Below, piece after piece: positions 53,060 through 62,071 of a stretch of DNA of 64,000 nucleotides. A program made the position numbers and the translations under genes. Every line of letters starts with the position of its first letter. Within the stretch, counting starts at the first letter, position 1. Source of the stretch: an uncultured Loktanella sp. (GTDB taxonomy: Bacteria; Pseudomonadota; Alphaproteobacteria; Rhodobacterales; Rhodobacteraceae). The stretch spans positions 153 through 64,152 of the forward strand of contig CAZTKF010000007.1 of NCBI GenBank assembly GCA_964614205.1, read 5' to 3'. The notes beneath the pieces were generated by a model, which was not told the origin of the DNA, ran no database searches, and saw only the letters and a list, made by a program, of their open reading frames with translations.

Positions 53060-54858
53060 AACCTGTTGTTCTGGCGCTGTCGCGCTCTGGTGAGGCAACG
53101 GCGCATCGCGTCGCGGCAACCCTTGGCGCATATGTCCACGGCCGTGAAGGCCGCGTCGATCGGGCAGATGCCTTTTTCGCCAATGCGCTGGATCATGCGC
53201 GCGATCTTTTTGCCGCCGGTGTCCCGATTGTCGGTGTCTGCGCGTCCGGTATCCTGATCCGCGCGGTCGCACCATTGTTGGCTGACAAGACGACAGAGCC
53301 GCCGGTTGTTTCCGTTTCGGATGATGGTGCAGTTGTTGTCCCTCTCTTGGGTGGGCACCGTGGCGCAAACAAACTGTCTGCCCAGATTTCCGCGGCATTG
53401 GGTGCCGTTTCAGCGGTGACAACGGCCGGAGATGTGGCGCTGGGTGTGGCACTGGATGCACCACCCGCCGGATGGCGTTTGGTCAATCGCAAAGACGCAA
53501 AGGCGGCAATGGCGGGTTTGCTGTCCGGAGGTGGCGCAGAGGTCGTCGGCGACGCGCCGTGGTTGGCACATTTGCCGAAAGGTGATGCTGTGCGGCTGTC
53601 CTGCACGATGGCGCGGCAGGATGATCTGGGTGCGGCGCACCTTCAGTTTGCGCCGCAGCGGTTGGCGCTGGGTGTCGGTTGCGCGCGCAATTGTCCTGCA
53701 GATGAACTGGCAGCCTTGGTATCGGATACCCTGCAAGAGGCAGGTGTCGCGCCGGAGGCGGTGCATTCGGTGAACACGATTTCACTGAAAGCGGACGAAC
53801 CTGCGATCATCGCGCTTGCCAAGGATTTGGGTGTTCCGCTGCGATTGTTCGAAGCCGATGCGCTGGAAGCGCAGACGCCGCGGTTGCAGAACCCGTCCGA
53901 TGTTGTCTTTGCCGAAGTCGGCGCGCATGGCGTTTCGGAAGCTGCGGCATTGGCGCAGGCGGGTGATGCGGGTGAATTCCTTGTCGCCAAGCGCAAGACC
54001 ACGAACGCGACCTGTGCCTTGGTCGTGACGCCTGAACCGCTGGTGAGCCTTAACGGGCGCGCGCGCGGTCGTCTCTCGGTGGTTGGCATTGGTCCCGGGC
54101 AAGCCGCGTGGCGCACACCTGAGGTTTCGCGCCTGGTGTCAGAGGCGGAAGAGCTTGTGGGCTACGGTCTTTATATCGATCTGCTGGGGCCGTTGGCTGT
54201 GGGTAAGGAACGTTCCGATTTCCCGCTGGGTGGCGAAGAAGAACGTTGCCGCTATGCGCTTGAACAGGCGGGGCGGGGCAAGAAAGTGGCCTTAGTCTGC
54301 TCGGGTGATGCGGGAATCTATGCCATGGCTGCGCTGGTTTTCGAGTTGCTGGATCGTGGACCGGACAAGATGGGCGTGAGTGATGCCGCCCGCCGTGTTG
54401 AGGTAGTCTGTTCGCCCGGTGTCAGTGCGTTACAGGGCGCCGCGGCACGCGCTGGCGCGCCTTTGGGCCATGATTTCTGTGCGATTTCGCTATCGGATCT
54501 GCTGACACCGCGCGAAGATATCTTAAAGCGGCTGAAGGCGGCGGCGGAAGGTGACTTTGTCATTGCCTTTTATAATCCGGTGTCGATGCGCCGCCGGACC
54601 CTGCTGGCCGAGGCGCGCGATATCCTGCTGCAGCATCGTCCGGCAGACACGCCAGTGATGCTGGCCTCATCCCTTGGGCGGCCCGAAGAGCATGTGCGCT
54701 ATCGCCGTCTTGATGCGCTTGAAGTTGATGAGGTGGATATGTTGACAGTGGTGTTGATCGGGTCGTCGCATTCGCGGCTGGCCGCGCTTGGCGAAGGGCC
54801 GCGAATGTACACGCCGCGCGGCTATGCGCGCAAGATTGACGGAGATCTGGCGGGATGA
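53050..54858 (+). CDS. cobJ: CbiG (cobalt-precorrin-5A hydrolase-like) fused to precorrin-3B C17-methyltransferase
   Basis: The N-terminal ~330 aa have CbiG N, middle and C domains (GVCASGILIR...PLLGGHRGAN...LGVGCARNCP...ISLKADEPAI). The C-terminal ~270 aa are a tetrapyrrole methylase (VVGIGPG...CSGDAGIYAMA...FYNP). TTG start overlaps the cobI stop. Confidence 0.85.
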   Translation: MALKPVVLALSRSGEATAHRVAATLGAYVHGREGRVDRADAFFANALDHARDLFAAGVPIVGVCASGILIRAVAPLLADKTTEPPVVSVSDDGAVVVPLLGGHRGANKLSAQISAALGAVSAVTTAGDVALGVALDAPPAGWRLVNRKDAKAAMAGLLSGGGAEVVGDAPWLAHLPKGDAVRLSCTMARQDDLGAAHLQFAPQRLALGVGCARNCPADELAALVSDTLQEAGVAPEAVHSVNTISLKADEPAIIALAKDLGVPLRLFEADALEAQTPRLQNPSDVVFAEVGAHGVSEAAALAQAGDAGEFLVAKRKTTNATCALVVTPEPLVSLNGRARGRLSVVGIGPGQAAWRTPEVSRLVSEAEELVGYGLYIDLLGPLAVGKERSDFPLGGEEERCRYALEQAGRGKKVALVCSGDAGIYAMAALVFELLDRGPDKMGVSDAARRVEVVCSPGVSALQGAAARAGAPLGHDFCAISLSDLLTPREDILKRLKAAAEGDFVIAFYNPVSMRRRTLLAEARDILLQHRPADTPVMLASSLGRPEEHVRYRRLDALEVDEVDMLTVVLIGSSHSRLAALGEGPRMYTPRGYARKIDGDLAG

Positions 54859-54949
54859 CGCTGTCTGGCTGGCGCCAAATGCGCCCCACCCTCCATCCCG
54901 TTGCATCCGGCGAGAGTTCTTGGGCCAAGATAAAGAAAGGAAAACTCCT

Positions 54950-55717
54950 TTGACCGTTTATTTCATTGGGGCGGGACCGGGTGATCCTGAATTGCTGACG
55001 CTGAAAGCGGCGCGGATCATCGGGGAATGTCCGGTGTGTCTTTATGCAGGTTCCCTTGTGCCTGCCGAAGTTGTGGCCTGTGCACCTGAGGGGGCACGGG
55101 TCATGGATACGGCCCCGATGACCTTGGATGATACGCATGGGGAAATCGTCAGGGCGCATGCCAAGGGGCAGGATGTGGCCCGTGTGCATTCGGGGGACCC
55201 ATCGCTTTATGGTGCGATTGCAGAGCAGATTCGCCGCCTGAAAGCCGACGGGATTGACTATCAAATCATCCCGGGTGTTCCGGCTTACGCTGCCGCTGCG
55301 GCGGCCTTGGGAACGGAACTGACGGTGCCGGAAGTCGCGCAGTCGATCATTCTGACGCGCATGTCGATGAAGTCGACGGGGATGCCCGCGGGTGAGACGC
55401 TTGAAAATTTCGCGCGGACAGGTGCGACACTTGCAATCCACCTCGGCATTCGCGCGCTGCGCGAGATCGAGCGGCAGCTGGCCCCCTATTATGGCGAGGA
55501 TTGCCCTGTGGCTGTGATCTACCGTGTCGGCTGGCCTGATCAGATGATCATCCGTGGCACGTTGACGGATGTGCGCGAGAAGGTGCGCGCAGCAAAGATT
55601 ACGCGGACGGCGCTGATCCTTGTTGGCCCAGCCTTGGCCGATTCGCACGGGTTTCCGGATTCAGCTCTCTATGATGCGGCCAAGCCGCATGTGCTGCGAC
55701 CGCGTGTGAAGGCATAA
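54950..55717 (+). CDS. cobM: precorrin-4 C11-methyltransferase
   Basis: (M)TVYFIGAGPGDPELLTLKAARII, HSGDPSLYGA. TTG 54950 is preceded by AAAGGAAAA. The upstream part of ORF 54788 is non-homologous. Confidence 0.9.
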   Translation: MTVYFIGAGPGDPELLTLKAARIIGECPVCLYAGSLVPAEVVACAPEGARVMDTAPMTLDDTHGEIVRAHAKGQDVARVHSGDPSLYGAIAEQIRRLKADGIDYQIIPGVPAYAAAAAALGTELTVPEVAQSIILTRMSMKSTGMPAGETLENFARTGATLAIHLGIRALREIERQLAPYYGEDCPVAVIYRVGWPDQMIIRGTLTDVREKVRAAKITRTALILVGPALADSHGFPDSALYDAAKPHVLRPRVKA

Positions 55718-55806
55718 AACTAAGGCCTTTCTGCGCTGCGGCGGATTTTGTCATTTGATATTTACCATTCTCGGGTCATCTTCTGACATGTCTGGAGGGA
55801 CTTGTT

Positions 55807-56154
55807 ATGTATACGTTTTTGCCTGATGCGGTACGTCAGGGTCTGGAAGAGGCGCGCAAAGCTGCGCTCAAGCGCAAGGATCGTCTGTCTGTTCACGACG
55901 GGGACGACACTTATCGCATTCGCCGTTTCTGGGATGGTGGGTTTGCCCTTGATCTGGAAGGGTCGGATCGGTTGCGCGGCCATGTCGATATCTATGACGG
56001 ACCCAAGCATCTTTATACGTGCCTTGTTGTCTCTTCGGTTGATGAAGACTTCGAACGGGTCTTTGAATTCAAGTGGGCGACGCCCGTTGCAACGGAACCG
56101 GCTGCGGACTTTGTCCGCCCCGATTTTGTACCGGCAGGCTTGATTGGCCGCTAG
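55807..56154 (+). CDS. hypothetical protein (115 aa)
   Basis: GGAGGG SD 8 nt before the ATG; no recognised domain. Confidence 0.5.
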   Translation: MYTFLPDAVRQGLEEARKAALKRKDRLSVHDGDDTYRIRRFWDGGFALDLEGSDRLRGHVDIYDGPKHLYTCLVVSSVDEDFERVFEFKWATPVATEPAADFVRPDFVPAGLIGR

Positions 56155-56163
56155 GTCCTTGCA

Positions 56164-57336
56164 CTATTGCAAGTCGCTAAAGGCGTCCTGCATGCGCCGG
56201 ACCGCCTCTTGGACCGTGGCATTCTGGGTTGCGAGGTTGAAACGCATAAAAGTTTCCCCTCCGGTGCCAAATGTCGGCCCCTGAGAGACAGCGATCTTGG
56301 CGGTGTCGCGGATACGTTCTGCAACTTCTGCATGTGTCATGCCTGTTCCCGAGAAATCGACCCAGGCGAGATATGTGGATTGCAGCGGCATGGACCACAC
56401 GCCGGGGATGGCGTTGATGCCTGCGTTGAAAATCGTACAGTTGCTTTGCAGGTGGGCGATTTGTGCGTCAGCCCATTTGGCACCTTCGGGCGAGTAGGCG
56501 GCAGTGATCATCTTTATGCCCAGCAAGGAAGGGTAATAGTCGAGTGTTGAAAGTCGCTTGCGCATTGCGGCTCGCAATTCCGGATTTGCGATGATTATGT
56601 TTCCGGTGCGTTGCCCCGCGATATTGAAGGTCTTGGAGGCGGCGGTCAGAGAAACGGTGTTATCGGTATCCTCTGAGGCTGCCACGGCCATCGGTACAAA
56701 GGTATTTCCAGGATAGACAAGATCGTGATGAATCTCGTCACTGACCAGAAGCAGCCCATTCCTGCGTGCGAATTGCGACACGGCCCGTAGTTCGTCTTCT
56801 GTCCAGACCCGACCAGAGGGGTTTTGCGGTGAGCACCAGATCAGAATCTTCTCTTTGCCGGTCAGGCGGGATTGCGCATCTTCCAGATCAAGGACGTAAG
56901 TTTGGCCTTGCCGCGCTAGCGGACATTCGGTGACGATCCTACCTGTCTTGTTAATCTTCAGCGCGAATTCGTGGTAGACTGGCGTAAAAATCACTGCGCC
57001 ATCACTGGGCTCTGTCCAGACATCAAGGCAAAGCGCAATCGCATTCCCAAGGCCCTGTGTTGTCAGAATCCAGTCCTTCTCGACTGCCCAGTTATGGCGT
57101 GTTTGCATCCACCATTGGATCGCGCCAAGGTAGGCGTCGTCTTCGAAACCATAGCCGAACACGCCGTGGTCGGCGGCGGCCCTCACGGCGTCAATCACAC
57201 AAGGGGCGGTTTGATAGTCAGAGTCGGCAGTCCACATCGCGAGCCCGTCTTTTGGCGACACACCATAAAGCTTCTCCATTCGGTCCCACTTTGTGCTGTT
57301 GGTGCCGCGACGGTCGATGGGGGTATTGAACGACAT
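56164..57336 (-). CDS. MalY/PatB-family PLP-dependent C-S lyase (cystathionine beta-lyase-like aminotransferase)
   Basis: MSFNTPIDRRGTNSTKWD, CSPQNPSGRVW, SKTFNIAG (PLP Lys). AGGAGA SD at ATG 57336. The 687-aa ORF-track version is an artefactual extension. Confidence 0.85.
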   Translation of the reverse strand: MSFNTPIDRRGTNSTKWDRMEKLYGVSPKDGLAMWTADSDYQTAPCVIDAVRAAADHGVFGYGFEDDAYLGAIQWWMQTRHNWAVEKDWILTTQGLGNAIALCLDVWTEPSDGAVIFTPVYHEFALKINKTGRIVTECPLARQGQTYVLDLEDAQSRLTGKEKILIWCSPQNPSGRVWTEDELRAVSQFARRNGLLLVSDEIHHDLVYPGNTFVPMAVAASEDTDNTVSLTAASKTFNIAGQRTGNIIIANPELRAAMRKRLSTLDYYPSLLGIKMITAAYSPEGAKWADAQIAHLQSNCTIFNAGINAIPGVWSMPLQSTYLAWVDFSGTGMTHAEVAERIRDTAKIAVSQGPTFGTGGETFMRFNLATQNATVQEAVRRMQDAFSDLQ

Positions 57337-57444
57337 GTGTTTCTCCTGCTGTCTTGCCGGCAAATTGGGGCGATGCAGCAACGGGCGCAAGGCGAAAAAC
57401 GCCCTGTGCTTGCGATGCGCGGCAGGACACACTAGATCAGCGCT

Positions 57445-57966
57445 ATGGCACTGCGAAATATACTCATCCATCCTGATCCACGTCTGAAGAAAGTGGCGAC
57501 GCCGGTTGCAACGGTGAACGATGATCTGCGCCGTTTGGCTGATGATATGCTTGAGACGATGTATAATGCGCCGGGCATTGGTCTTGCTGCCCCGCAGATC
57601 GCAGTGATGAGCCGGATGCTGGTTATGGATTGCGCCAAGGAAGACAATGCAACGCCAGAGCCGATGGTGTTGATAAATCCGGAAGTCACATGGCATTCCG
57701 AAGAGAAAAATGTCTATGAAGAGGGCTGCCTGTCGATCCCCGAACAATATGCCGAGGTTGAGCGCCCGACCGAGGTAGAGGTGACGTGGACGGACCTTGA
57801 CGGTCAATCCAAGCGCGAACGGTTTGACGGATTGTGGGCAACCTGTGTGCAGCACGAGATTGACCATCTGGATGGCAAACTTTTTATCGATTACCTGAAA
57901 CCGTTGAAACGTCAGATGATCACCCGCAAAATGCAAAAGCTGAAACGCGAAATGGCGCGGGGCTAG
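57445..57966 (+). CDS. def: peptide deformylase (all three catalytic motifs intact)
   Basis: GIGLAAPQ, EGCLSIP, HEIDHLDG. Confidence 0.9.
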   Translation: MALRNILIHPDPRLKKVATPVATVNDDLRRLADDMLETMYNAPGIGLAAPQIAVMSRMLVMDCAKEDNATPEPMVLINPEVTWHSEEKNVYEEGCLSIPEQYAEVERPTEVEVTWTDLDGQSKRERFDGLWATCVQHEIDHLDGKLFIDYLKPLKRQMITRKMQKLKREMARG

Positions 57967-57969
57967 GGT

Positions 57970-58431
57970 TTGGCGGTCCTTCCACTTCGGTTTGAAGGTG
58001 ACCCGGTCTTGTTGAAGACGGCTGCTCCGGTTGAGGTGTTCGGTGCGCCGCTTTCCACACTTGTCAGGGACATGTTCGAAACGATGTATGCCGCGCCCGG
58101 CCGTGGGTTGGCTGCGCCACAAGTGGGGGTAAGCCAGCGGGTCTTTGTTGTCGATACCACATGGAAAGATGCGGATCCTGATCCGATGATCTTTGTGAAC
58201 CCGCAGATCACGGCCCGCGCAGAGCAACAGGAGGTCGGGACAGAGGCCTGCCTGTCAATTCCCGGTAAGAGCTATGATGTCAGCCGTCCCATATGGGTCG
58301 CGCTCTCTTGGCAGGATATGGATGGGCGCAGACAGAGCGGTCGCTTTGAAGGTGTTCAGGCGGTCTGTATCAGCCATGAATTCGATCATCTGGAAGGCCT
58401 TTTGATTACGCAAACGGGAACCCTGCGATGA
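57970..58431 (+). CDS. peptide deformylase paralog 2 (short; motifs nearly intact)
   Basis: GRGLAAPQ, EACLSIPG, HEFDHLEG. TTG start lies 4 nt after the def stop. Confidence 0.8.
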   Translation: MAVLPLRFEGDPVLLKTAAPVEVFGAPLSTLVRDMFETMYAAPGRGLAAPQVGVSQRVFVVDTTWKDADPDPMIFVNPQITARAEQQEVGTEACLSIPGKSYDVSRPIWVALSWQDMDGRRQSGRFEGVQAVCISHEFDHLEGLLITQTGTLR

Positions 58432-58928
58432 CACACCGTCCCTTTGTCATGTGGCCGCATCCAGCGCTCCGGACCCCGGCAAAACCAGTTGCACAGGTTA
58501 CAGATGAGGTACGCGCAATCTGGGACGAGATGATCGTGGCGATGGATCGGATGCCGGGTGTTGGTCTGGCGGCGCCGCAACTGGGGATCGACATGGCGCT
58601 TGCCGTCGTCGACGCCTCTGAGGGGCGCGGACAGGCAATCCGCATGGCAAACCCAACGGTCTTGCATACCAGCGTTGAGCCGCGGGTGCATGAGGAAGGA
58701 TCCCCCAATCTGCCCGGTGTTTGGGCCAAGGTGACCCGACCACGCGCGGTGACGGTGCGGTTCCTGAATGCGGACGGTCAATGGGACCGGCAGGACTTTG
58801 TCGGGCTCTGGGCGACTTCGGTGCAGCATCAGATTGATCATTTGGCAGGCAAGATGTTCTTTGACCACCTGACGCGGGTGAAGCGGGATATGCTGATCAA
58901 GAAGTCTGCGAAGTTGCAGCGGCGTTGA
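58428..58928 (+). CDS. peptide deformylase-like paralog 3, predicted catalytically inactive
   Basis: GVGLAAPQ is intact, but EGCLS reads EGSPN (metal-ligand Cys lost) and HExxH reads HQIDH (catalytic Glu lost). ATGA overlap with paralog 2. Confidence 0.75.
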   Translation: MTHRPFVMWPHPALRTPAKPVAQVTDEVRAIWDEMIVAMDRMPGVGLAAPQLGIDMALAVVDASEGRGQAIRMANPTVLHTSVEPRVHEEGSPNLPGVWAKVTRPRAVTVRFLNADGQWDRQDFVGLWATSVQHQIDHLAGKMFFDHLTRVKRDMLIKKSAKLQRR

Positions 58929-58979
58929 GGTGTTGTTGCCTCTGGGGCAAGTTTAATTGAACAAGGAAAGTCGAGAGCG

Positions 58980-59879
58980 ATGCGCATCATCTTCATGGGG
59001 ACACCTGATTTTTCGGTGCCGGTTCTTGATGCGCTTGTGAGTGCAGGGCATGAAGTTGTGGCTGTTTATTGTCAGCCACCGCGGCCAGCAGGGCGCGGCA
59101 AGAAGGATCGGCCATCGCCTGTGCAACAGCGTGCCGAGGCGCTGGGGCTTGACGTGCGTCATCCTGTTTCGCTGAAAGGCGCGGCAGAGCAGGCCGATTT
59201 TGCGGCCTTGGGAGCGGATGTCGCAGTGGTCGTTGCCTATGGTCTGATTTTGCCGCAAGCCATTTTGGATATGCCCAAGGCTGGGTGTCTGAATATCCAC
59301 GCTTCTCTCTTGCCACGCTGGCGTGGTGCGGCGCCCATCCACCGTGCAATCATGGCTGGCGATTCCCATACTGGTGTATGCATCATGCAAATGGAGGCGG
59401 GTCTGGATACCGGACCTGTCTTGTTGTGCGAAGCAACGCCGATCGGCCCGGAAGAAACGACGGGACAACTCCATGACCGGCTTTCGCAGATGGGCGCGAG
59501 GCTGGTTGTGCAAGCTCTGGATGACCTGAACGCGCTGTCCCCTGATCCGCAGCCGGACGTGGGCGTGACCTATGCCGCCAAGATCGACAAGGCCGAAGCC
59601 CGCGTTGACTGGTCGCGGTCTGCCGCAGAGGTCAGCCGGCTGATCCGTGGCCTGTCACCCTTTCCCGGAGCATGGTGTGATGTGGCGGGTGAGCGGGTCA
59701 AGTTGCTGGGTGCGCGCGCAGTGGATGGTGCAGGCGTGCCGGGGCAGGTGCTTGGCGGATTTACGATCGCATGTGGTGACGGTGCAGTTGAAGTGACGCG
59801 GGCCCAACGGGCCGGAAAGAAAGCGATGTCGGCCGATGAAATATTGAAAGGTCTGACGCTGGGCCCAAGAATTGGGTGA
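58980..59879 (+). CDS. fmt: methionyl-tRNA formyltransferase
   Basis: [32 protein letters not shown]. Confidence 0.95.
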   Translation: MRIIFMGTPDFSVPVLDALVSAGHEVVAVYCQPPRPAGRGKKDRPSPVQQRAEALGLDVRHPVSLKGAAEQADFAALGADVAVVVAYGLILPQAILDMPKAGCLNIHASLLPRWRGAAPIHRAIMAGDSHTGVCIMQMEAGLDTGPVLLCEATPIGPEETTGQLHDRLSQMGARLVVQALDDLNALSPDPQPDVGVTYAAKIDKAEARVDWSRSAAEVSRLIRGLSPFPGAWCDVAGERVKLLGARAVDGAGVPGQVLGGFTIACGDGAVEVTRAQRAGKKAMSADEILKGLTLGPRIG

Positions 59880-59994
59880 TGGCTTGCTTGGCCGGATTGT
59901 CACGTTCGCATGTGATTTGCGAAATTTCGCCTGATGGTCATTTTGTCCGTCCCGTTCAGAGTGCTATCAGGGGATTCGGACATTTCAGGGTAGC

Positions 59995-60792
59995 GTGATG
60001 ACATCTGAGACAAAACTAACCCGCCGGTCATTCGCAGCAATGGCGATGGCAAGTACGGCTGCAGCCTGTGCGCCTCGGGTGCCTGTCACGGAAATCGAAA
60101 CGCCAGAACCGGAACCCTTTGTCGAGGGATATGGTCCGATCGAGGACTCAGGGTATATCCTTCCCGGAATTCCCTCACAGTACCTGCAAGGCGTGAACCG
60201 GCGCATGTCGGGGTGGTATAACGGCGAAGCGGGGCCGAATACGCTCGACGTCGATCCGTATGCAAAGTTCCTCTACCACGTGCGCGAGGACGGCTCGACC
60301 ACGCGCTATCCTGTCGGTGTCGGTCGGGCGGGGCGCTCGATCCGCGGGACGGCAACGATGAGGTTCATGCGTAAATGGCCCGGCTGGGCGCCGACGCAGA
60401 ACATGTTGCGGACCGAGCCCGAGGTCTATGGTCCATTCCGCGAGGGCATTCCCGGCGGATTGCGCAGCCCACTGGGGGCCCGTGCGCTTTACCTGTTCCG
60501 CGGTAGCCGCGACACATACTACCGCATTCACGGCACGAATGATCTGGGATCAATCGGCAATTCCGGTTCAGCTGGCTGCATCCGCATGTTCAATCAGGAT
60601 GTGATTCACCTTTACAACCAGATCGAAGCGCCGATGCAGGTGATCATCCGGTCGCCTGAAGAATCGATGCGTGTTGATCCCGAAAACTTTGGTCGCGGAA
60701 TTGAATTGCCACCGAAAATCATCTCGGCTGAGGAACTTCTGGGTGAAGAGGCCGTTGCCAATGATCGTCCACCCGTCTTTGACGACGCATAA
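59995..60792 (+). CDS. L,D-transpeptidase (YkuD domain) lipoprotein
   Basis: TRRSF twin-Arg plus AAAC lipobox. Catalytic region YRIHGTN...GSAGCIRM. Confidence 0.85.
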   Translation: MMTSETKLTRRSFAAMAMASTAAACAPRVPVTEIETPEPEPFVEGYGPIEDSGYILPGIPSQYLQGVNRRMSGWYNGEAGPNTLDVDPYAKFLYHVREDGSTTRYPVGVGRAGRSIRGTATMRFMRKWPGWAPTQNMLRTEPEVYGPFREGIPGGLRSPLGARALYLFRGSRDTYYRIHGTNDLGSIGNSGSAGCIRMFNQDVIHLYNQIEAPMQVIIRSPEESMRVDPENFGRGIELPPKIISAEELLGEEAVANDRPPVFDDA

Positions 60793-60922
60793 ACCCTTTT
60801 CTTTAAGACGATTGCCGTTCAGACTTGCGTTTAAGGCGGCCTTACCGCGCTGGGCTGCAAATTGAATATTGCGACAGCAGTGCTTACATATTTGTGATCA
60901 ATGAAGAATTGAGGAAATGTAT

Positions 60923-61999
60923 ATGGCGAACTTCGAGACCCAAATAAGGGAAAGTCAGGCACAAGTTGCCGAGGCGCAAAGCAAGATCTCTGAGCTGACC
61001 AGCCGGATCGAGGTGGCGCGCAGCAAAATGGCCGAAGGGACAGATATCTCGGTCGATATCGAAAATGCCAGCCTAGAGGATGTGCATGCACATACCGAGC
61101 TGATGAACGCCAATATTGCAGAATTGATCATGGGTCTTGATGACGTCACAACCGCCTTTTCCAAGGACTTTGACGAGATGCGCTCAAAGACCGGGATGGA
61201 GAGCTTTATCGGCATATTCAGCAAGGCCAAGGCAGACAGCATGCGGCAGGAACGTATGCGCACCGCCTCGATTGATGACAAGCTGCAGGACCTGATCAGC
61301 AAATCCGATGTCATTATGAAGTTGCTTGAAGGGCAGCTGGCTATCTTGAATGAACAGAAGCTCAGTGTTGAAACGAACCTTGGCAGCACGTTGGAAGAGC
61401 GTGAGGCAACAGTCGGCACACTGGAGGAAACGCGCGCAGAGATCCTTGGGATGGACCCGGAGATTATTGCGCTTGAAAACAAGATTTCCGTGGAACAGGA
61501 CGCTGCCGCACGCACCAAGCTGGAAACCGAGCTTGCTGCACTGAATGCGAAATACAACGAGCTTGTGCAGGCAGAACAGGTGCAACTCGCCAAGTCACAG
61601 ACGCTCGAACGCTATATCGAAAAGGGCAAGACCTGGATCGACAGTCTGCAAAATCAGGCGGCCACGCAAATGGTGCTGATCAACAAGTTGCAGACCGACA
61701 CAAAACAGCGCGTGGTGCTTTATGATGCTTTGTCAAAGTCACTCAAGACAGCGCAGCAGCAGGACGTTGCCCACCAGATCAACGAGATCGGCGTGAAGAC
61801 GGACCAAGAGGCGCAGACGGCGATGGCGGCGATTGGTTCTGCCACAAATGCGCGGATGGCCGATATGCTGGAAGCACACGAAGATCACATGGTCTTTGCC
61901 CGCGAGGTACTGGAGCAAAAGGCAAAAGCAGATGAACGTTTCGTGCGCCGCTTTCAGGAGATCGTGAAGAAGCACGACAGCAATCAGTATGGGGCGTAG
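60923..61999 (+). CDS. coiled-coil protein of unknown function (TelA/KlaB-like architecture possible)
   Basis: 358 aa, almost entirely heptad-like Glu/Gln/Lys/Leu sequence. The FIGIFSKAK segment is reminiscent of TelA, unverified. GAGGA SD favours ATG 60923. Confidence 0.55.
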   Translation: MANFETQIRESQAQVAEAQSKISELTSRIEVARSKMAEGTDISVDIENASLEDVHAHTELMNANIAELIMGLDDVTTAFSKDFDEMRSKTGMESFIGIFSKAKADSMRQERMRTASIDDKLQDLISKSDVIMKLLEGQLAILNEQKLSVETNLGSTLEEREATVGTLEETRAEILGMDPEIIALENKISVEQDAAARTKLETELAALNAKYNELVQAEQVQLAKSQTLERYIEKGKTWIDSLQNQAATQMVLINKLQTDTKQRVVLYDALSKSLKTAQQQDVAHQINEIGVKTDQEAQTAMAAIGSATNARMADMLEAHEDHMVFAREVLEQKAKADERFVRRFQEIVKKHDSNQYGA

Positions 62000-62071
62000 G
62001 GCGGGTCAAACCCACGCGCCTAAGGAATTGCCTTGCGAGCATATGGTGGGTTTCACCCACCCTACTGTGAC

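Noticed and set aside
54560-55648. 362-aa minus-strand ORF opposite cobJ/cobM
   Set aside because: It has no motif and an Arg-rich composition, and it overlaps two well-supported methyltransferase genes.
57337-58227. N-terminal 297 aa of the 687-aa minus-strand ORF 56164..58227
   Set aside because: Only the last 390 aa (from ATG 57336, with an AGGAGA SD) look like a MalY/PatB aminotransferase. The upstream part is antisense to the well-supported def genes and has Arg/His-rich junk composition.
62003-62058. 13-bp imperfect inverted repeat (GGGTCAAACCCAC / GTGGGTTTCACCC) as a terminator
   Set aside because: The 30-nt loop, one mismatch and absence of a U-tract make it unconvincing as an intrinsic terminator. 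I keep it only as a note within the three-gene finding.
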